A model generated the notes under the pieces. It was not told where the DNA came from. It ran no database searches and saw nothing but the letters and a program-made list of their open reading frames with translations. 64,000 nucleotides of DNA from Promethearchaeota archaeon (GTDB taxonomy: Archaea; Asgardarchaeota; Lokiarchaeia; Sigyniarchaeales; SOKP01). Positions 31,179-41,754 of this stretch are shown here, one piece after another. Where the stretch lies: NCBI GenBank assembly GCA_048938855.1, contig JBHLLT010000004.1, positions 32,001 through 96,000 of the forward strand, in the 5' to 3' direction. Numbering within the stretch: the first letter of the stretch is position 1; each line of letters opens with the position of its first letter. Position numbers and translations under genes: made by a program.

Positions 31179-31913
31179 TTATTTTCTTATGAGGATAGCA
31201 ATTGGAACGCTTGCTTCTCTCCATTTTGCAATTTTTCCACTATAGGCCATATCTAACTTTACCCTACCATGGTCCCCAATAATTATCATTAATGAATTGG
31301 TTCTAAGTTGCTTATAATTACCTAGAATCCATTTATCTGTCCTGTTAATCAGTTTTTCAATTAAATCCTCTGGGGTTCGTTGTTTTAATTGTTGCTGTTG
31401 TTTATGTAAATTTTCAAAATCTAAATAATGCATCCATGATAGGTCATGAGTGTTTATAACTTTGGCTGATTCAACCCACGTACTCATATCAGATTCTTTA
31501 GCAATAGATTTTGTTCCCCCATCATATCTTTCAATATCTTTTTGCCTACCAATTAAACAAGATGTTTTACCACCACTATTTATAGCTTTTAATAAATGGA
31601 ACCCATTTGGTTCAACTTCAAATCCACCATATATTAATTGATGAAGTACACCTAGAGTATAAGGGTTTTTAGTGCTTAAAAGTAGCATAACTTCTGAGTT
31701 TGCAATCATAAATTGAGGTTTCAAATATGTGATTTCAAAAAGTCCAAAATTATCTATTAAATTTATTGTAATGCGTTCGATTCCTTCATATAATTCTAAA
31801 ATATCTGGAATTGGTTCAGGAATGGCATGATGAGGTGGATCAATATTTAGTAATTTTAGTAATGTTGCTGGTAATTGGTTAAGGTAAACCTTAAGAGTTT
31901 GCAGTTCTGACAT
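31179..31913 (-). CDS. Alkaline-phosphatase-superfamily-like protein (degenerate)
   Basis: NLIDNFG, HYLDFE..H and IIIGDHG motifs. Confidence 0.5.
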   Translation of the reverse strand: MSELQTLKVYLNQLPATLLKLLNIDPPHHAIPEPIPDILELYEGIERITINLIDNFGLFEITYLKPQFMIANSEVMLLLSTKNPYTLGVLHQLIYGGFEVEPNGFHLLKAINSGGKTSCLIGRQKDIERYDGGTKSIAKESDMSTWVESAKVINTHDLSWMHYLDFENLHKQQQQLKQRTPEDLIEKLINRTDKWILGNYKQLRTNSLMIIIGDHGRVKLDMAYSGKIAKWREASVPIAILIRK

Positions 31914-32044
31914 TTATATGCCCTAAATTTGAAAATCGAATTTATTTTTAATAATTCTTAATATTATTAAAAAGATAATATAATTATAAAATTGTTATCA
32001 CATAAAATAATGTGTAATATACCGATTCTGAAAATATTAAAAAA

Positions 32045-33334
32045 ATGAAAATCTTATATCTTGATTTATTTTATTCCGGAATTTCGGGAGATATGTTTCT
32101 TGCAGGTCTTTTAGGGTTAGTTCCAGAACCTAATCTTATTTTAAATAAGTTAACTGACTTGAAAGAGTTTTTACCTAATGTGAAAAAATTGAAAATTGAA
32201 TTAATCAACATAGAGCGATTGGGAATTCAACTAAATCAATTAAAAATAGATATTGAAGAAACAAAGGATCATAGAACTGCTAAAACTTTAAAAGAATCAC
32301 TAAATAATTATCTTTTAAATTCTGAACTTTCAGATTCCGCCAAAAGTTATGCTACTAAAGTTTTGAATACATTAATTCAAGCTGAAGCAGATGTCCATGG
32401 AGATTTAACGGAAAGCATTCATTTACATGAACTGAGCTCAATTGATACGTTTATAGATATTATTGGAGTAGCAACAGTTCTTGATGAAATTAATGCTTTT
32501 AATGAAGGAGTAAGGATTTCCTGCAGTAAAATACCTCTAGGTGGCGGTACAGTTAGTACAAATCATGGAATATTAGCCATACCCGCCCCAGCTACATTAA
32601 AAATTTTAGAAAATTCAAATCTCATAATATTTGGAGGTCCAATAGATTCTGAACTAGTAACTCCTACAGGAGCTGCTTTGTTGGTAAACTTAGAGCCTAA
32701 GTTTCATCAATATCCCGCAGAAATGAAATTATCTAAATCTGTTTTTAGCACGGGGCAAAAAAAATTTGATAATTTCTTGAATACTTTGAGAATATTTTAT
32801 GGAGAAGCTGAAGGATCAAATTTGAATAGTACAAGAGACTATCTAAAAAAATATAGTGAGCAAATTTCTGTAATAGAAACCAATATCGATGATCTTTCAG
32901 GTGAAATTCTCGGAAATTTTATTACTGTTCTTGATAATGAAGAAATTTTAGATATTCAAATATTCCCAACTATAACAAAAAAAAATAGACCTGGCCATAT
33001 TATAAAGGTTCTTTGCCAACCACAGCACACTTTTAAGTTAATTGAGAAAATTATAAATGAGTTAGGAACGCTGGGAGTAAGATTCAATGTTATAAACAGA
33101 ATTTGCATTAACAGAAAATTTGAAAAGAGAAGGATTAAAATAAATGATACTACTTATGACATTGATTATAAGATTGCATTTATTGAATCTGATAAAGGGT
33201 TAGAGATCGTTAACATTAAACCGGAGTATGAAGATCTTAAGAATATAAGTAGAGACACTGGATTAACATTAAAAAAAATTCAATTATTAGTAAATGCTGA
33301 AATAAAAAATATCTATAATAGCTACTATAAATAA
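32045..33334 (+). CDS. larC: Nickel-pincer cofactor nickel insertase LarC
   Basis: GISGDMFL, AEA.VHG...HLHE, HG.L.IPAPAT, ELVTPTGAA, ETNIDD, KK.RPG, KPEYED. Confidence 0.93.
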   Translation: MKILYLDLFYSGISGDMFLAGLLGLVPEPNLILNKLTDLKEFLPNVKKLKIELINIERLGIQLNQLKIDIEETKDHRTAKTLKESLNNYLLNSELSDSAKSYATKVLNTLIQAEADVHGDLTESIHLHELSSIDTFIDIIGVATVLDEINAFNEGVRISCSKIPLGGGTVSTNHGILAIPAPATLKILENSNLIIFGGPIDSELVTPTGAALLVNLEPKFHQYPAEMKLSKSVFSTGQKKFDNFLNTLRIFYGEAEGSNLNSTRDYLKKYSEQISVIETNIDDLSGEILGNFITVLDNEEILDIQIFPTITKKNRPGHIIKVLCQPQHTFKLIEKIINELGTLGVRFNVINRICINRKFEKRRIKINDTTYDIDYKIAFIESDKGLEIVNIKPEYEDLKNISRDTGLTLKKIQLLVNAEIKNIYNSYYK

Positions 33335-33388
33335 TGTAATTTTATAAAATAAAAATAAGAAAAAAAAATAGTTGGAAAATGAGTTCTC

Positions 33389-33931
33389 TTAGTATTTATC
33401 AACATTAAACTTATGCAGCAAAAATTCATCGTCTAACATTTCTTTTGAAAATTCTTGTAATCTCGAAATTTCTCTCTTAATATCTTTAACCTTTCTTAAT
33501 TTACCTAATTCCTGAAAAACTTCTACGGCTTCTTGGAATGCTTCGATACTTTTATCAAAATTACCGGATACTTCAAGATCTTCAGCAAAAAATATTAATC
33601 CTTCAGCTGTTTCTAATTTTTTACCAAGTTTTTTTTGAATTTTTAGTGATTGATAATGAAATTTCATGCTTTCAGGATATTGTTTAAAAAGAGAGTAAGT
33701 TCTTCCTAACGATCTAAGAACTAATGCTTCTTCTTCCGTTAAGTTGTGCTCCCTACAATGATTTAGGATTGACTCTAAAAATTGTAAATATTCTTGTTTA
33801 TTCTTTAATTGTGAACGATCTATTCGTTCCATTGCTTTATCATAGTTTTCTAAAGTATTCTTGATGTCACCATCTTCAAATAACTTTTTAGATTTCTCAA
33901 AAAGTTCAATATGATCAATAGATGCGACCAT
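33389..33931 (-). CDS. Tetratricopeptide repeat protein
   Basis: TPR-like repeats (LGRTY...Y.ES..FH.QSL.I; GNFDKSIEAFQEA). Confidence 0.75.
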   Translation of the reverse strand: MVASIDHIELFEKSKKLFEDGDIKNTLENYDKAMERIDRSQLKNKQEYLQFLESILNHCREHNLTEEEALVLRSLGRTYSLFKQYPESMKFHYQSLKIQKKLGKKLETAEGLIFFAEDLEVSGNFDKSIEAFQEAVEVFQELGKLRKVKDIKREISRLQEFSKEMLDDEFLLHKFNVDKY

Positions 33932-34216
33932 CGGGGTCTCAACTACTTCTTCTTGGAATTTTTATAAATTTTTTTTTTTATGATTAATTCAAAAATAAGT
34001 TCAATATTAATTATATTAATAAACCTTTTTATACTTATCTATCTTGAAATTGTGAATTTTCAAGATACTGACACAGCTTATTTCTCAATTTTGAAAAGGG
34101 ATAAATCCTTGAATAATATAATCCTTCACTTTAAGTAAAAAAATTCATTAAACGTTTAGATATTTAATTAAAGATTTGTTTAATTAAAATAATAGAAAAA
34201 AAAGGAATTATTTATT

Positions 34217-34888
34217 TCAAAATTTTATTATTCCTGCGATTCCTAAAGGCAGAAAGATACAAAGTAGTCCAATACCTATGCCATAGATTATCCCTACAAA
34301 TTTTATTTTTGATTTTCTCTCTGGTAGATCATATACATAAAAAGCTCCTACAAAGAAATAAAGATATCCTATTAGAAATAGTAGAATTGGATTATACCAA
34401 TTCCACCAAGGATATGCCCAAATTAAATACCCTCCAAGATTCAAGAATATTTCTACAATTACACAAAATAGAGAAAAACCAATTGCCATAGCCCATCGAT
34501 TAGGAAGTCCTAGTATTTTCTTATTCTTATCTTCTGGTAAAAACTTAGCAAAAACAATACCAGCAATAGAAAACATAAAAGCAATTTCGATATTCCATCC
34601 AACTAAAATTATATAAGCACTTGCTCCTGGTGTAGTCCAAAAAGCTGAGTAATCGGTAATAACAAGAACTAGTCCATTCCATATTTCATTAATGAGATCC
34701 AAACCTAATACAGTTAATCCTGCATAAACAGTATTCCAATTTCCAGTTTCTCTTGCGTTTTTAATTTCTACCGCATAAATATACAGCACAATAGCTAGGA
34801 GTGGAATAATATACCACCCGAATTCCGAATTTAATATACGAAGATTGTCCAGAGCAGTTTGTGAGTCTGGTGTTACCACAATTTTCAC
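34217..34888 (-). CDS. Multi-pass membrane protein of unknown function
   Basis: Six TM segments; NEIWN, GWNIEI.FMF motifs; GTG start. Confidence 0.75.
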   Translation of the reverse strand: MKIVVTPDSQTALDNLRILNSEFGWYIIPLLAIVLYIYAVEIKNARETGNWNTVYAGLTVLGLDLINEIWNGLVLVITDYSAFWTTPGASAYIILVGWNIEIAFMFSIAGIVFAKFLPEDKNKKILGLPNRWAMAIGFSLFCVIVEIFLNLGGYLIWAYPWWNWYNPILLFLIGYLYFFVGAFYVYDLPERKSKIKFVGIIYGIGIGLLCIFLPLGIAGIIKF

Positions 34889-35031
34889 TTATTATATTGT
34901 TGAATTTATAATTAATTAAATGCAATTAAACCCGAATATTTATATAATTTTACTAAGTGAATTTAGACTAAAATGAGAAGTATACTTAGTATTTTCGCTA
35001 AACTAATACTATTTTCAATTAGATTAAAATA

Positions 35032-35811
35032 TTAATCTGCTATTTTATTCGCAATTATTGCTGCAGAAGCTCCTGCACCAAATCCATTATCGATATTCAC
35101 AACTAATAACCCAGGAGAACAGGATTGTAGCATAGTGATAAGTGCTCCTTTGCCTTTTTCACCTAAACCATAACCACTGGAAATTGGTACTCCTATTACA
35201 GGAACATCCACTAGAGCTGCAACCACCCCTGGGAGAGTTCCTTCCATTCCCGCACAAACGATAATTACATGCACTCCACTTTTTATCATGTTACTTAATG
35301 GAGAAAAAATTCGATGTATACCGGCTATCCCTACATCATAACTGGAGATGACTTTACAACCCATAGCTTTAGCAATTATCTCAGCTTCAACTGCTATCGG
35401 GATATCAGAACTTCCAGCAGTTATAATTCCAACAATTCCTCCTTTATTTTCAAAGCTATAAGTAGATTCTTTAATAACTATGATTTTTCCTAACTCATGG
35501 ATATCAACAATGTAATCTTTATTATTACCAAACTTCTCAAGAACAGAGATCTTTTGTTCATTATTATAACGAGAAATTATCGCAAATTTTTTACTTTTAA
35601 GAAATTGAAGAGAAATTTCAATTAAAAGGGGAGATGTTTTGTTTTGAGCAAAAATTACTTCTGGTGTCCCAGTTCTTGTTTTACGAAAAATATCTAATTT
35701 CGCTAAATCGCCTACTTCTTCAATTAAATTTGCCTTTAATAATTTCTCAGCATCATCTAAAGAAATTTCCTTTTCAAGTAATTTTAAAAGAATAGTCTTA
35801 ATTTCACTCAT
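35032..35811 (-). CDS. larB: Nickel-pincer cofactor carboxylase/hydrolase LarB
   Basis: RTG.PEVIF, TAGSSD.P.A.EA, DVGIAG.HR, AGMEG.LP, VP.S.GYG, VVNIDNGFGAG. Confidence 0.95.
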   Translation of the reverse strand: MSEIKTILLKLLEKEISLDDAEKLLKANLIEEVGDLAKLDIFRKTRTGTPEVIFAQNKTSPLLIEISLQFLKSKKFAIISRYNNEQKISVLEKFGNNKDYIVDIHELGKIIVIKESTYSFENKGGIVGIITAGSSDIPIAVEAEIIAKAMGCKVISSYDVGIAGIHRIFSPLSNMIKSGVHVIIVCAGMEGTLPGVVAALVDVPVIGVPISSGYGLGEKGKGALITMLQSCSPGLLVVNIDNGFGAGASAAIIANKIAD

Positions 35812-35966
35812 TAGGTATAACCTTTGCTAAATTCTGATTCTATTAAAATCAATAAATTATCATAAATTTTGTAGTTTTCTAAATTTAGAAAAAAATTATA
35901 ATTACTCACAATATTATAAATTACAACTCATTCAATTTTAAATCCTAAATTAAAGTGAGGAAACAT

Positions 35967-37193
35967 ATGAAAATTGACTATACATCTTTTAAAGATGTTA
36001 AATTAAAAGGTAAAAAGATCTTAATGCGTGTTGATATTAATTCCAACATAGATTTAGATAAAATGGAAATTAGAGATTCACCTCGAATACGTGCTCTTGT
36101 ACCAGCTCTTAATGAATATTTTAATAAGAGTGCAGTGATAATATTAGCACATCAATCTCGTCCTGGAGAGAAAGATTTTACTGATTTAGACATCCATGCT
36201 AAAGAGATCGAAAAACATCTTGGTCGTCCAGTAAAATTTGTAAAAGACATATTTGGTCCACAGGCGGTTCAAGCAATAAAAGATCTTAAACCGGGAGAAG
36301 TTCTAGTTCTTGACAACGTTCGAAAATTTGAAGGTGAAATGAAAAACTATAAGGACTTTTCTGACGCGGAAAATACTGATATGATTAAAACTTTATTTCC
36401 CTTAGTTGATTACGTAATTGTTGATGCTTTTGGAGCTGCCCATCGCGCTCATGCTTCTATCGTAGGTTGGCCAAAAATGATGGCAGGACCAATAACCGAC
36501 AAAGAATTAGATGCTTTGAAGAAAATAATGCATGAACCTGAAAAACCAATGGCTATGCTTATTGGTGGAGCAAAAGCATTAGATAAATTTAAAGCAATGA
36601 AATTTAATTTTGATAATGAAAAGTTGGATTATGCTCTTTGCTCAGGACTTACTGCTATCCTTATCTTTGAAGCTCTAGGTAAAAACATGGGAGAACCAAA
36701 CCATAAAATAATAGCTGAAGATTTAGAAGCAAATAAGAATATGATCATTGACACCTTTAATAAATATAAGGATAAAATTATCCTCCCAGAAGACTTAATT
36801 ATAGATGACAATGGTAATAGAAAGACGATTGGTATTGATGAAGCGGGAAGTTATAACACAACAACAGGAGATATAGGCCAAGCGACTGTAGATAAATTTA
36901 ATGAAATTCTAATGAAGTGCAAAACTATTGTTGCAAATGGTCCTCCAGGAATATTTGAAAAAGAAGTGTTCAGAAAATCAACAAATGAAATCATAGATAC
37001 TATGGTAGCCGCCACAAAGAAAAATAAAGCTCTTACAATAATAGGTGGCGGTGAAATGGGAGCCGCAGCTTCAATGGCAGGAAAAGTAGATGATGTGTCT
37101 TTTATATCAACAGCAGGAGGAGCCATGTTAGAAATTCTTTCTGGAAATGATTTACCTATGATTAGAGCATTACGTGAAAAAAAATATAAATAG
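35967..37193 (+). CDS. pgk: Phosphoglycerate kinase
   Basis: RVDINS, LAHQSRP, LDNVR, DAFGAAHRAHAS, IGGAK, NGPPG.FE, STAGGA. The ATG after GTGAGG is preferred over GTG35955. Confidence 0.96.
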   Translation: MKIDYTSFKDVKLKGKKILMRVDINSNIDLDKMEIRDSPRIRALVPALNEYFNKSAVIILAHQSRPGEKDFTDLDIHAKEIEKHLGRPVKFVKDIFGPQAVQAIKDLKPGEVLVLDNVRKFEGEMKNYKDFSDAENTDMIKTLFPLVDYVIVDAFGAAHRAHASIVGWPKMMAGPITDKELDALKKIMHEPEKPMAMLIGGAKALDKFKAMKFNFDNEKLDYALCSGLTAILIFEALGKNMGEPNHKIIAEDLEANKNMIIDTFNKYKDKIILPEDLIIDDNGNRKTIGIDEAGSYNTTTGDIGQATVDKFNEILMKCKTIVANGPPGIFEKEVFRKSTNEIIDTMVAATKKNKALTIIGGGEMGAAASMAGKVDDVSFISTAGGAMLEILSGNDLPMIRALREKKYK

Positions 37194-37496
37194 TAATTAT
37201 ATCTATTTTTTTATTTATTTATTGTACATTTTTTAAGTTGGTTTAGTAATAAATTATTATTTACCTCTAAAAATAGCTTTACCAGGTTTATTTTTCTTAA
37301 ACGACTCAATACCAATCTTTATATCCTCAGTTTCAAACATTTTTTAAAAATAAGGTTGATAAAACATTTTTGTAAATAAGTTGGTTAAGAAAAATATCAT
37401 TATTTTATTAAAGTCCACAAGAAAACTAATAAAATATTTATTTTTTAATATTATAAATTACATACGAGTAATTACATTATTCAAAAAAATAAATAT

Positions 37497-37570
37497 GGGC
37501 CCGTGGTCTAGCTCGGTATGACGTCCGCTTGACGTGCGGAAGGTCGTGCGTTCAAATCGCGCCGGGCCCA
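37497..37570 (+). tRNA. tRNA-Val(GAC)
   Basis: Cloverleaf with GGGCCCG/CGGGCCC-A acceptor, TCCGC-TTGACGT-GCGGA anticodon arm and GTGCG-TTCAAAT-CGCGC T arm; CCA not encoded. Confidence 0.96.
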
Positions 37571-37588
37571 TATTGACTTCTAAAAAAA

Positions 37589-38068
37589 ATGCCGATACGA
37601 ATTCGTTGGACTTCAAAGGAATATTTTGGTTCCCTCCTACTCTTATTAGGAATTAGTGGAATATCCCAATTATATTTTATTTATATAGGTCAATATTTCT
37701 TAGCCCTTGGAAATCATATAGTGGCAATATTAATTCCAATTGGAATCTGGGTAGCCTTTTTCTATGCTACACTTATTATCTTTGAAAGTTATGCCCAAGT
37801 TGAGAGAAGAGAAAAATTGAGAAGTAGATTTCGAAAAACAATTAGTAGAAGTTCAAAATTGAAGAGATTTTTAGATTTTCCCATTACAAAACCCTTGTTG
37901 ATAGTTTTTATACTCTTCAATATTTTCTTTTTTATCACCTTCTTTATCTCTGTATTATTCTTGGATCATTCTATGGCATTTCTAACGGCAGAAGTAATTA
38001 GCGCAATATTTATTCTACTTGTTGCGAATTTAATAGAGAGAAATTATGGTCGAGTAAGAAGAATATAA
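37589..38068 (+). CDS. Four-TM membrane protein
   Basis: Two pairs of hydrophobic helices separated by a basic loop. Confidence 0.7.
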   Translation: MPIRIRWTSKEYFGSLLLLLGISGISQLYFIYIGQYFLALGNHIVAILIPIGIWVAFFYATLIIFESYAQVERREKLRSRFRKTISRSSKLKRFLDFPITKPLLIVFILFNIFFFITFFISVLFLDHSMAFLTAEVISAIFILLVANLIERNYGRVRRI

Positions 38069-38217
38069 AATTAAGACAAGCTCACCATTTACTGCATTTT
38101 GAAACAAATTTATTAAGCGGTAATACAACAATTATTATAGAAAGAGAAAGTTGTAATATAACGATTATTATTAAGGTATAGATTTTATATTCAATTATTT
38201 TTATTTCTTGAAATATA

Positions 38218-39066
38218 ATGGCGAGAATTGAAATTCGGTGTCCTCTCTGCTCGAAATGGGATCATATTGAGATTTCAGATGATGCTACAAAAAATGCTTC
38301 GAAAGGACTCCTTGCAATCAATATAGCTGCTGGAATGATATGTGAACATTCATTTATCGCATATGTAGATAAAAATTTAATTGTAAGAGACTGTTTAGTT
38401 GCAGATTTTAAGATTGAGCTTCTGGAGGGAGAGGAAACTGGCAAAAGTGAAGAAATAATTACTCCCGAAACAGAAACTATAAAATTAGACTTAATTAAAT
38501 TAAATATACCTCATATTTTAATGACATATATATTTAGAACTATTTTTCTTGGAAAGAAAACTTTAATCCTCTTAGATCAAGAGTTTCTCTATAATCCTTT
38601 AATAAATTTCTTTAAATATATCACTCAGAATTCATTTAATTTTGAATTAAAAATAATGTCTGAACTAGATTATAGAAATAAGAAAAATGAATTTGAAGAT
38701 TATATTATCTTAAATAACCTTAAAGTTATCAGAGATAAGGATAAGATAATTAATCCAAAAAAATTAGAAATTGAGCAATCTATTGTCCAAAAATTCTTCA
38801 AGGAGTATGATCTAATGGCAGGTCTTATTATCTTAAGAAATGAAATAAATAAAGCCTATGAATTCTCTAATTCTATTGTAGATTTTGCTCAAAATCAAAA
38901 AGATAAACTATTAACATCAAAAATAATAATAAATTATCTCTCAGATAAACATAATGAAAAAATATCAATGCCATATTTAACATTTTTAATTGAAATTGTT
39001 CATTATTATTTTAAAGTCGATATGCCTAAAATTGGAGGCGTTTCTGATCTATTAGGATTATTATAA
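38218..39066 (+). CDS. Hypothetical protein with N-terminal Zn-binding domain (CxxC...CxH)
   Basis: RCPLC...MICEHSFIAYVDKN..VRD. Confidence 0.7.
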   Translation: MARIEIRCPLCSKWDHIEISDDATKNASKGLLAINIAAGMICEHSFIAYVDKNLIVRDCLVADFKIELLEGEETGKSEEIITPETETIKLDLIKLNIPHILMTYIFRTIFLGKKTLILLDQEFLYNPLINFFKYITQNSFNFELKIMSELDYRNKKNEFEDYIILNNLKVIRDKDKIINPKKLEIEQSIVQKFFKEYDLMAGLIILRNEINKAYEFSNSIVDFAQNQKDKLLTSKIIINYLSDKHNEKISMPYLTFLIEIVHYYFKVDMPKIGGVSDLLGLL

Positions 39067-39303
39067 TATGGATATGTGTAATAAAATCCTGTTATATTTT
39101 AAAAAAATTATAAATTTATTACATATTTAACTATAGTTGAATTCTCTATTTTTATAATTTCGTGAAACAGACCTTTCACGATAATTCATACATACCAAGG
39201 GAATTCCTAAATATTATTTTTCACTTTGGGTATTCTAAACCTAATTTAGAAATCTCAAGTGATAAAATAAAAATTTAATAATAATATTATTGAAACTTAA
39301 TTT

Positions 39304-40137
39304 ATGGAATTTAAACAACTAATATTTGAAGAGAAAGAAAAAGTAGCTTGGATTACTCTTAATAGACCGGAAGTATTAAATGCCTTAAGTATGCAACTCT
39401 CAAACGAGCTTGTAGATGCTATTGAAAAATTACGCCAATCAACAAGGGTAAAATTTCTTGTCATAAGAGGTAACGGTGATAATTTCTGTGTCGGAGATGA
39501 TATAAACGAAATGTTAAAATGGGGAAATGCAAATGATATAACCCGCCGTGTTCGCTATTATCAAAATATGGCAAATCAATTAGAAGAATTAGATAAAATT
39601 ACCATATCTGCTGTCGATGGGTTTGCTGTTGGTGGAGGACTTGAAATTACAATGGCATGTGATTTTGTAATTGCTACTGAGAGAGCAAAATGGGGTATGC
39701 CCGAAGTTGATGTCGGAATTACTCCTGGTTGGGGGGGCACTACACGTTTAGCACGATTAATAGGAAGACGGAGAGCTAAGGAAATAAATTTAATAGGCGC
39801 TTTACATCCGGCAAAAAGAGCTGTTGAGTGGAATTTATGGAATCGTGTTGTTCCCAATGATCAGCTTATATCAGAAGTTGAAAAATTACTAGAGGTTTTA
39901 AGTTCAAAGAACCAGCAAGGTATAAGACAATTAAAGTTTATAATTAATCGCGGAGTTGAGTGTGATTTATATACTGCACAAGGATTTGAAGTACTCTCAG
40001 GTGCATTAACTGGAGCCGTTAGTGGAATGTGGCAAATAAATGATGCAGACAAAGGAGCAGGAATAATCGGTTTTTCTGGAAAAAATGAACTTTGGAAAAG
40101 AAGACGTAATCTGGCAAAAAATTTTTGGACAGATTAA
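39304..40137 (+). CDS. Enoyl-CoA hydratase/isomerase
   Basis: ITLNRPEVLNAL, FCVGDD, AVGGGLEI..ACD, GMPEV.VGI.PGWGGT.RL. Confidence 0.93.
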   Translation: MEFKQLIFEEKEKVAWITLNRPEVLNALSMQLSNELVDAIEKLRQSTRVKFLVIRGNGDNFCVGDDINEMLKWGNANDITRRVRYYQNMANQLEELDKITISAVDGFAVGGGLEITMACDFVIATERAKWGMPEVDVGITPGWGGTTRLARLIGRRRAKEINLIGALHPAKRAVEWNLWNRVVPNDQLISEVEKLLEVLSSKNQQGIRQLKFIINRGVECDLYTAQGFEVLSGALTGAVSGMWQINDADKGAGIIGFSGKNELWKRRRNLAKNFWTD

Positions 40138-40299
40138 CTTGGTCACTGAATTTGGGAGTTTAGTAATTTTAACATTTTTTTTTTATAAAAAGATTAATTG
40201 AAAAAGATGTGCGTCTTTAAACCATTTTGGAAGGTTTTTTTGAAATTTTGGATCATCAAAAATAGTTATTTAAAAAAAAATATATAAAAAAAAAGGGGT

Positions 40300-41391
40300 T
40301 TAAGTACTAGAACCATCAACATTAATATTTCCTGTGCCTGTATCCAAGTTTAAGTCATAATTATATGTCGTTGGGAAATCAAGTGAATTAAATGGATTAG
40401 AACCCGGAATAAATCCTAATGTATTTACACGATTAAAGCTACCGGTCCCTGTACTTCCAAAAAAACTAGCACCCACACTAGAACTCGTATCTATATATTG
40501 CAGATTGATAGTTCCGGTTCCAGTATTTATATTTCCCGTGACATTTGCACCCATAAGACCATGTTGGTTGATACCAACAAATATTCCACCTGTCCCAGCA
40601 GATATTGCCCAATTACAATTCTGAGTATATTCTGTATGATATATTCTAAAATCTATACTTCCAGTACCTGAGGATAAACCAATATTACCACCGATGACAC
40701 TATTGCTGAGATTTGCTATTATTGATCCTGTACCAGCATCAAGTAATAAACCATTTGTAAAGTTTGTGTTTTTTCCATATAACGATATGCTACCAGTTCC
40801 AGCATCCAAATTTACTTTGTCTTGGATAGTAGTATTTTCTGAAACACTCATGTAAATACTTCCAGTACCAGAGCCAAGATCGACATCATCTAAAATCACA
40901 TTACTAGGAGTAACTAATCTAATTGATCCAGTGCCTGATCCTGCATTGATGTTATATATAACGTCATTTCTAAGAGTAACATTTATTTCAATATGAGCCA
41001 ACTTGAACCATGACGCAGGATTAAGCCAAAGATGTGGTAATTGCCTTAACCTAAATAAAATTGGTGGGAAAGTTCCATTTTGCCACCAACTTGTGGGGGG
41101 TCCGAAAAAATCAGCATATCCCATACCTGACATGAATAATCCTGACAATCTCATATCAACATCTATTCTGACGATATAAGGAGTATTTGAAGTGTTATAT
41201 CTAATATCAATTGCTCCGATACCAATATCTAAATTTAGTTCTTCTATTGATGAAGGGACCGCTTGATAGTGGAAAGTGAAAGATTCATCAATTGTACCTA
41301 AGGTTGCAAATCCAACTATGAAAAATACACCTGTACCCCCACCAATCAATAAAGCAAGAACTATAATCAATATTTTTGGAGTTTTTCTCAA
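40300..41391 (-). CDS. Signal-anchored beta-strand-repeat protein (DUF4097/adhesin-like)
   Basis: N-terminal TM; about nine GTG(S/G/T/N)I-type repeats at roughly 22-27 aa spacing. Confidence 0.75.
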   Translation of the reverse strand: MRKTPKILIIVLALLIGGGTGVFFIVGFATLGTIDESFTFHYQAVPSSIEELNLDIGIGAIDIRYNTSNTPYIVRIDVDMRLSGLFMSGMGYADFFGPPTSWWQNGTFPPILFRLRQLPHLWLNPASWFKLAHIEINVTLRNDVIYNINAGSGTGSIRLVTPSNVILDDVDLGSGTGSIYMSVSENTTIQDKVNLDAGTGSISLYGKNTNFTNGLLLDAGTGSIIANLSNSVIGGNIGLSSGTGSIDFRIYHTEYTQNCNWAISAGTGGIFVGINQHGLMGANVTGNINTGTGTINLQYIDTSSSVGASFFGSTGTGSFNRVNTLGFIPGSNPFNSLDFPTTYNYDLNLDTGTGNINVDGSST

Positions 41392-41567
41392 AAATTCTCA
41401 CATCTGTTTGTGATAAATTATAAGCAAAGATATTAAACGGTGGTATTTAAATAAATTGTAATCTAATTATAAATGAAATTTAGTTTCAAAAAGGCCAAAT
41501 GTGTGAGAAGTTTTTTAAAATATTTCAATCCAAATTGTAAATGCTATTTAAAAAAATCTAAAAAAAA

Positions 41568-41670
41568 TGCGCCCTCCGGGGATTGAACCCGGGTCGCCAG
41601 GATCACCTTAATGTTTTCTTATAAACAAAAAATTGGCAACCTGGCATACTTACCACTATACTAAGAGCGC
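41568..41670 (-). tRNA. tRNA-Gly(GCC) with a 31-nt intron in the anticodon loop
   Basis: GCGCTCT/AGGGCGC-A acceptor, CCAGG-TTGCCA..[intron]..CCTGG anticodon arm, CCGGG-TTCAATC-CCCGG T arm; 103 nt in total, 72 nt after splicing. Confidence 0.9.
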
Positions 41671-41754
41671 CTTGTTCTAATAATAATAAAAAGATTTTTT
41701 AAAATTAAAATTTAATTGTTCTATAAAAGTAAAGAGAATAAAAAAGAAAAGGTT

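Noticed and set aside
40300-41391. CRISPR-like periodic repeats (CCAGTACC etc.)
   Set aside because: They are codons of the GTGSI protein repeats; there is no constant-length repeat-spacer array.
41568-41670. Alternative reading as tRNA-His(GTG) using the intron's GTG
   Set aside because: The G1-C72/C2-G71/G3-C70 pairs and A73 are glycine identity elements, and TTGCCA is correctly placed in the loop.
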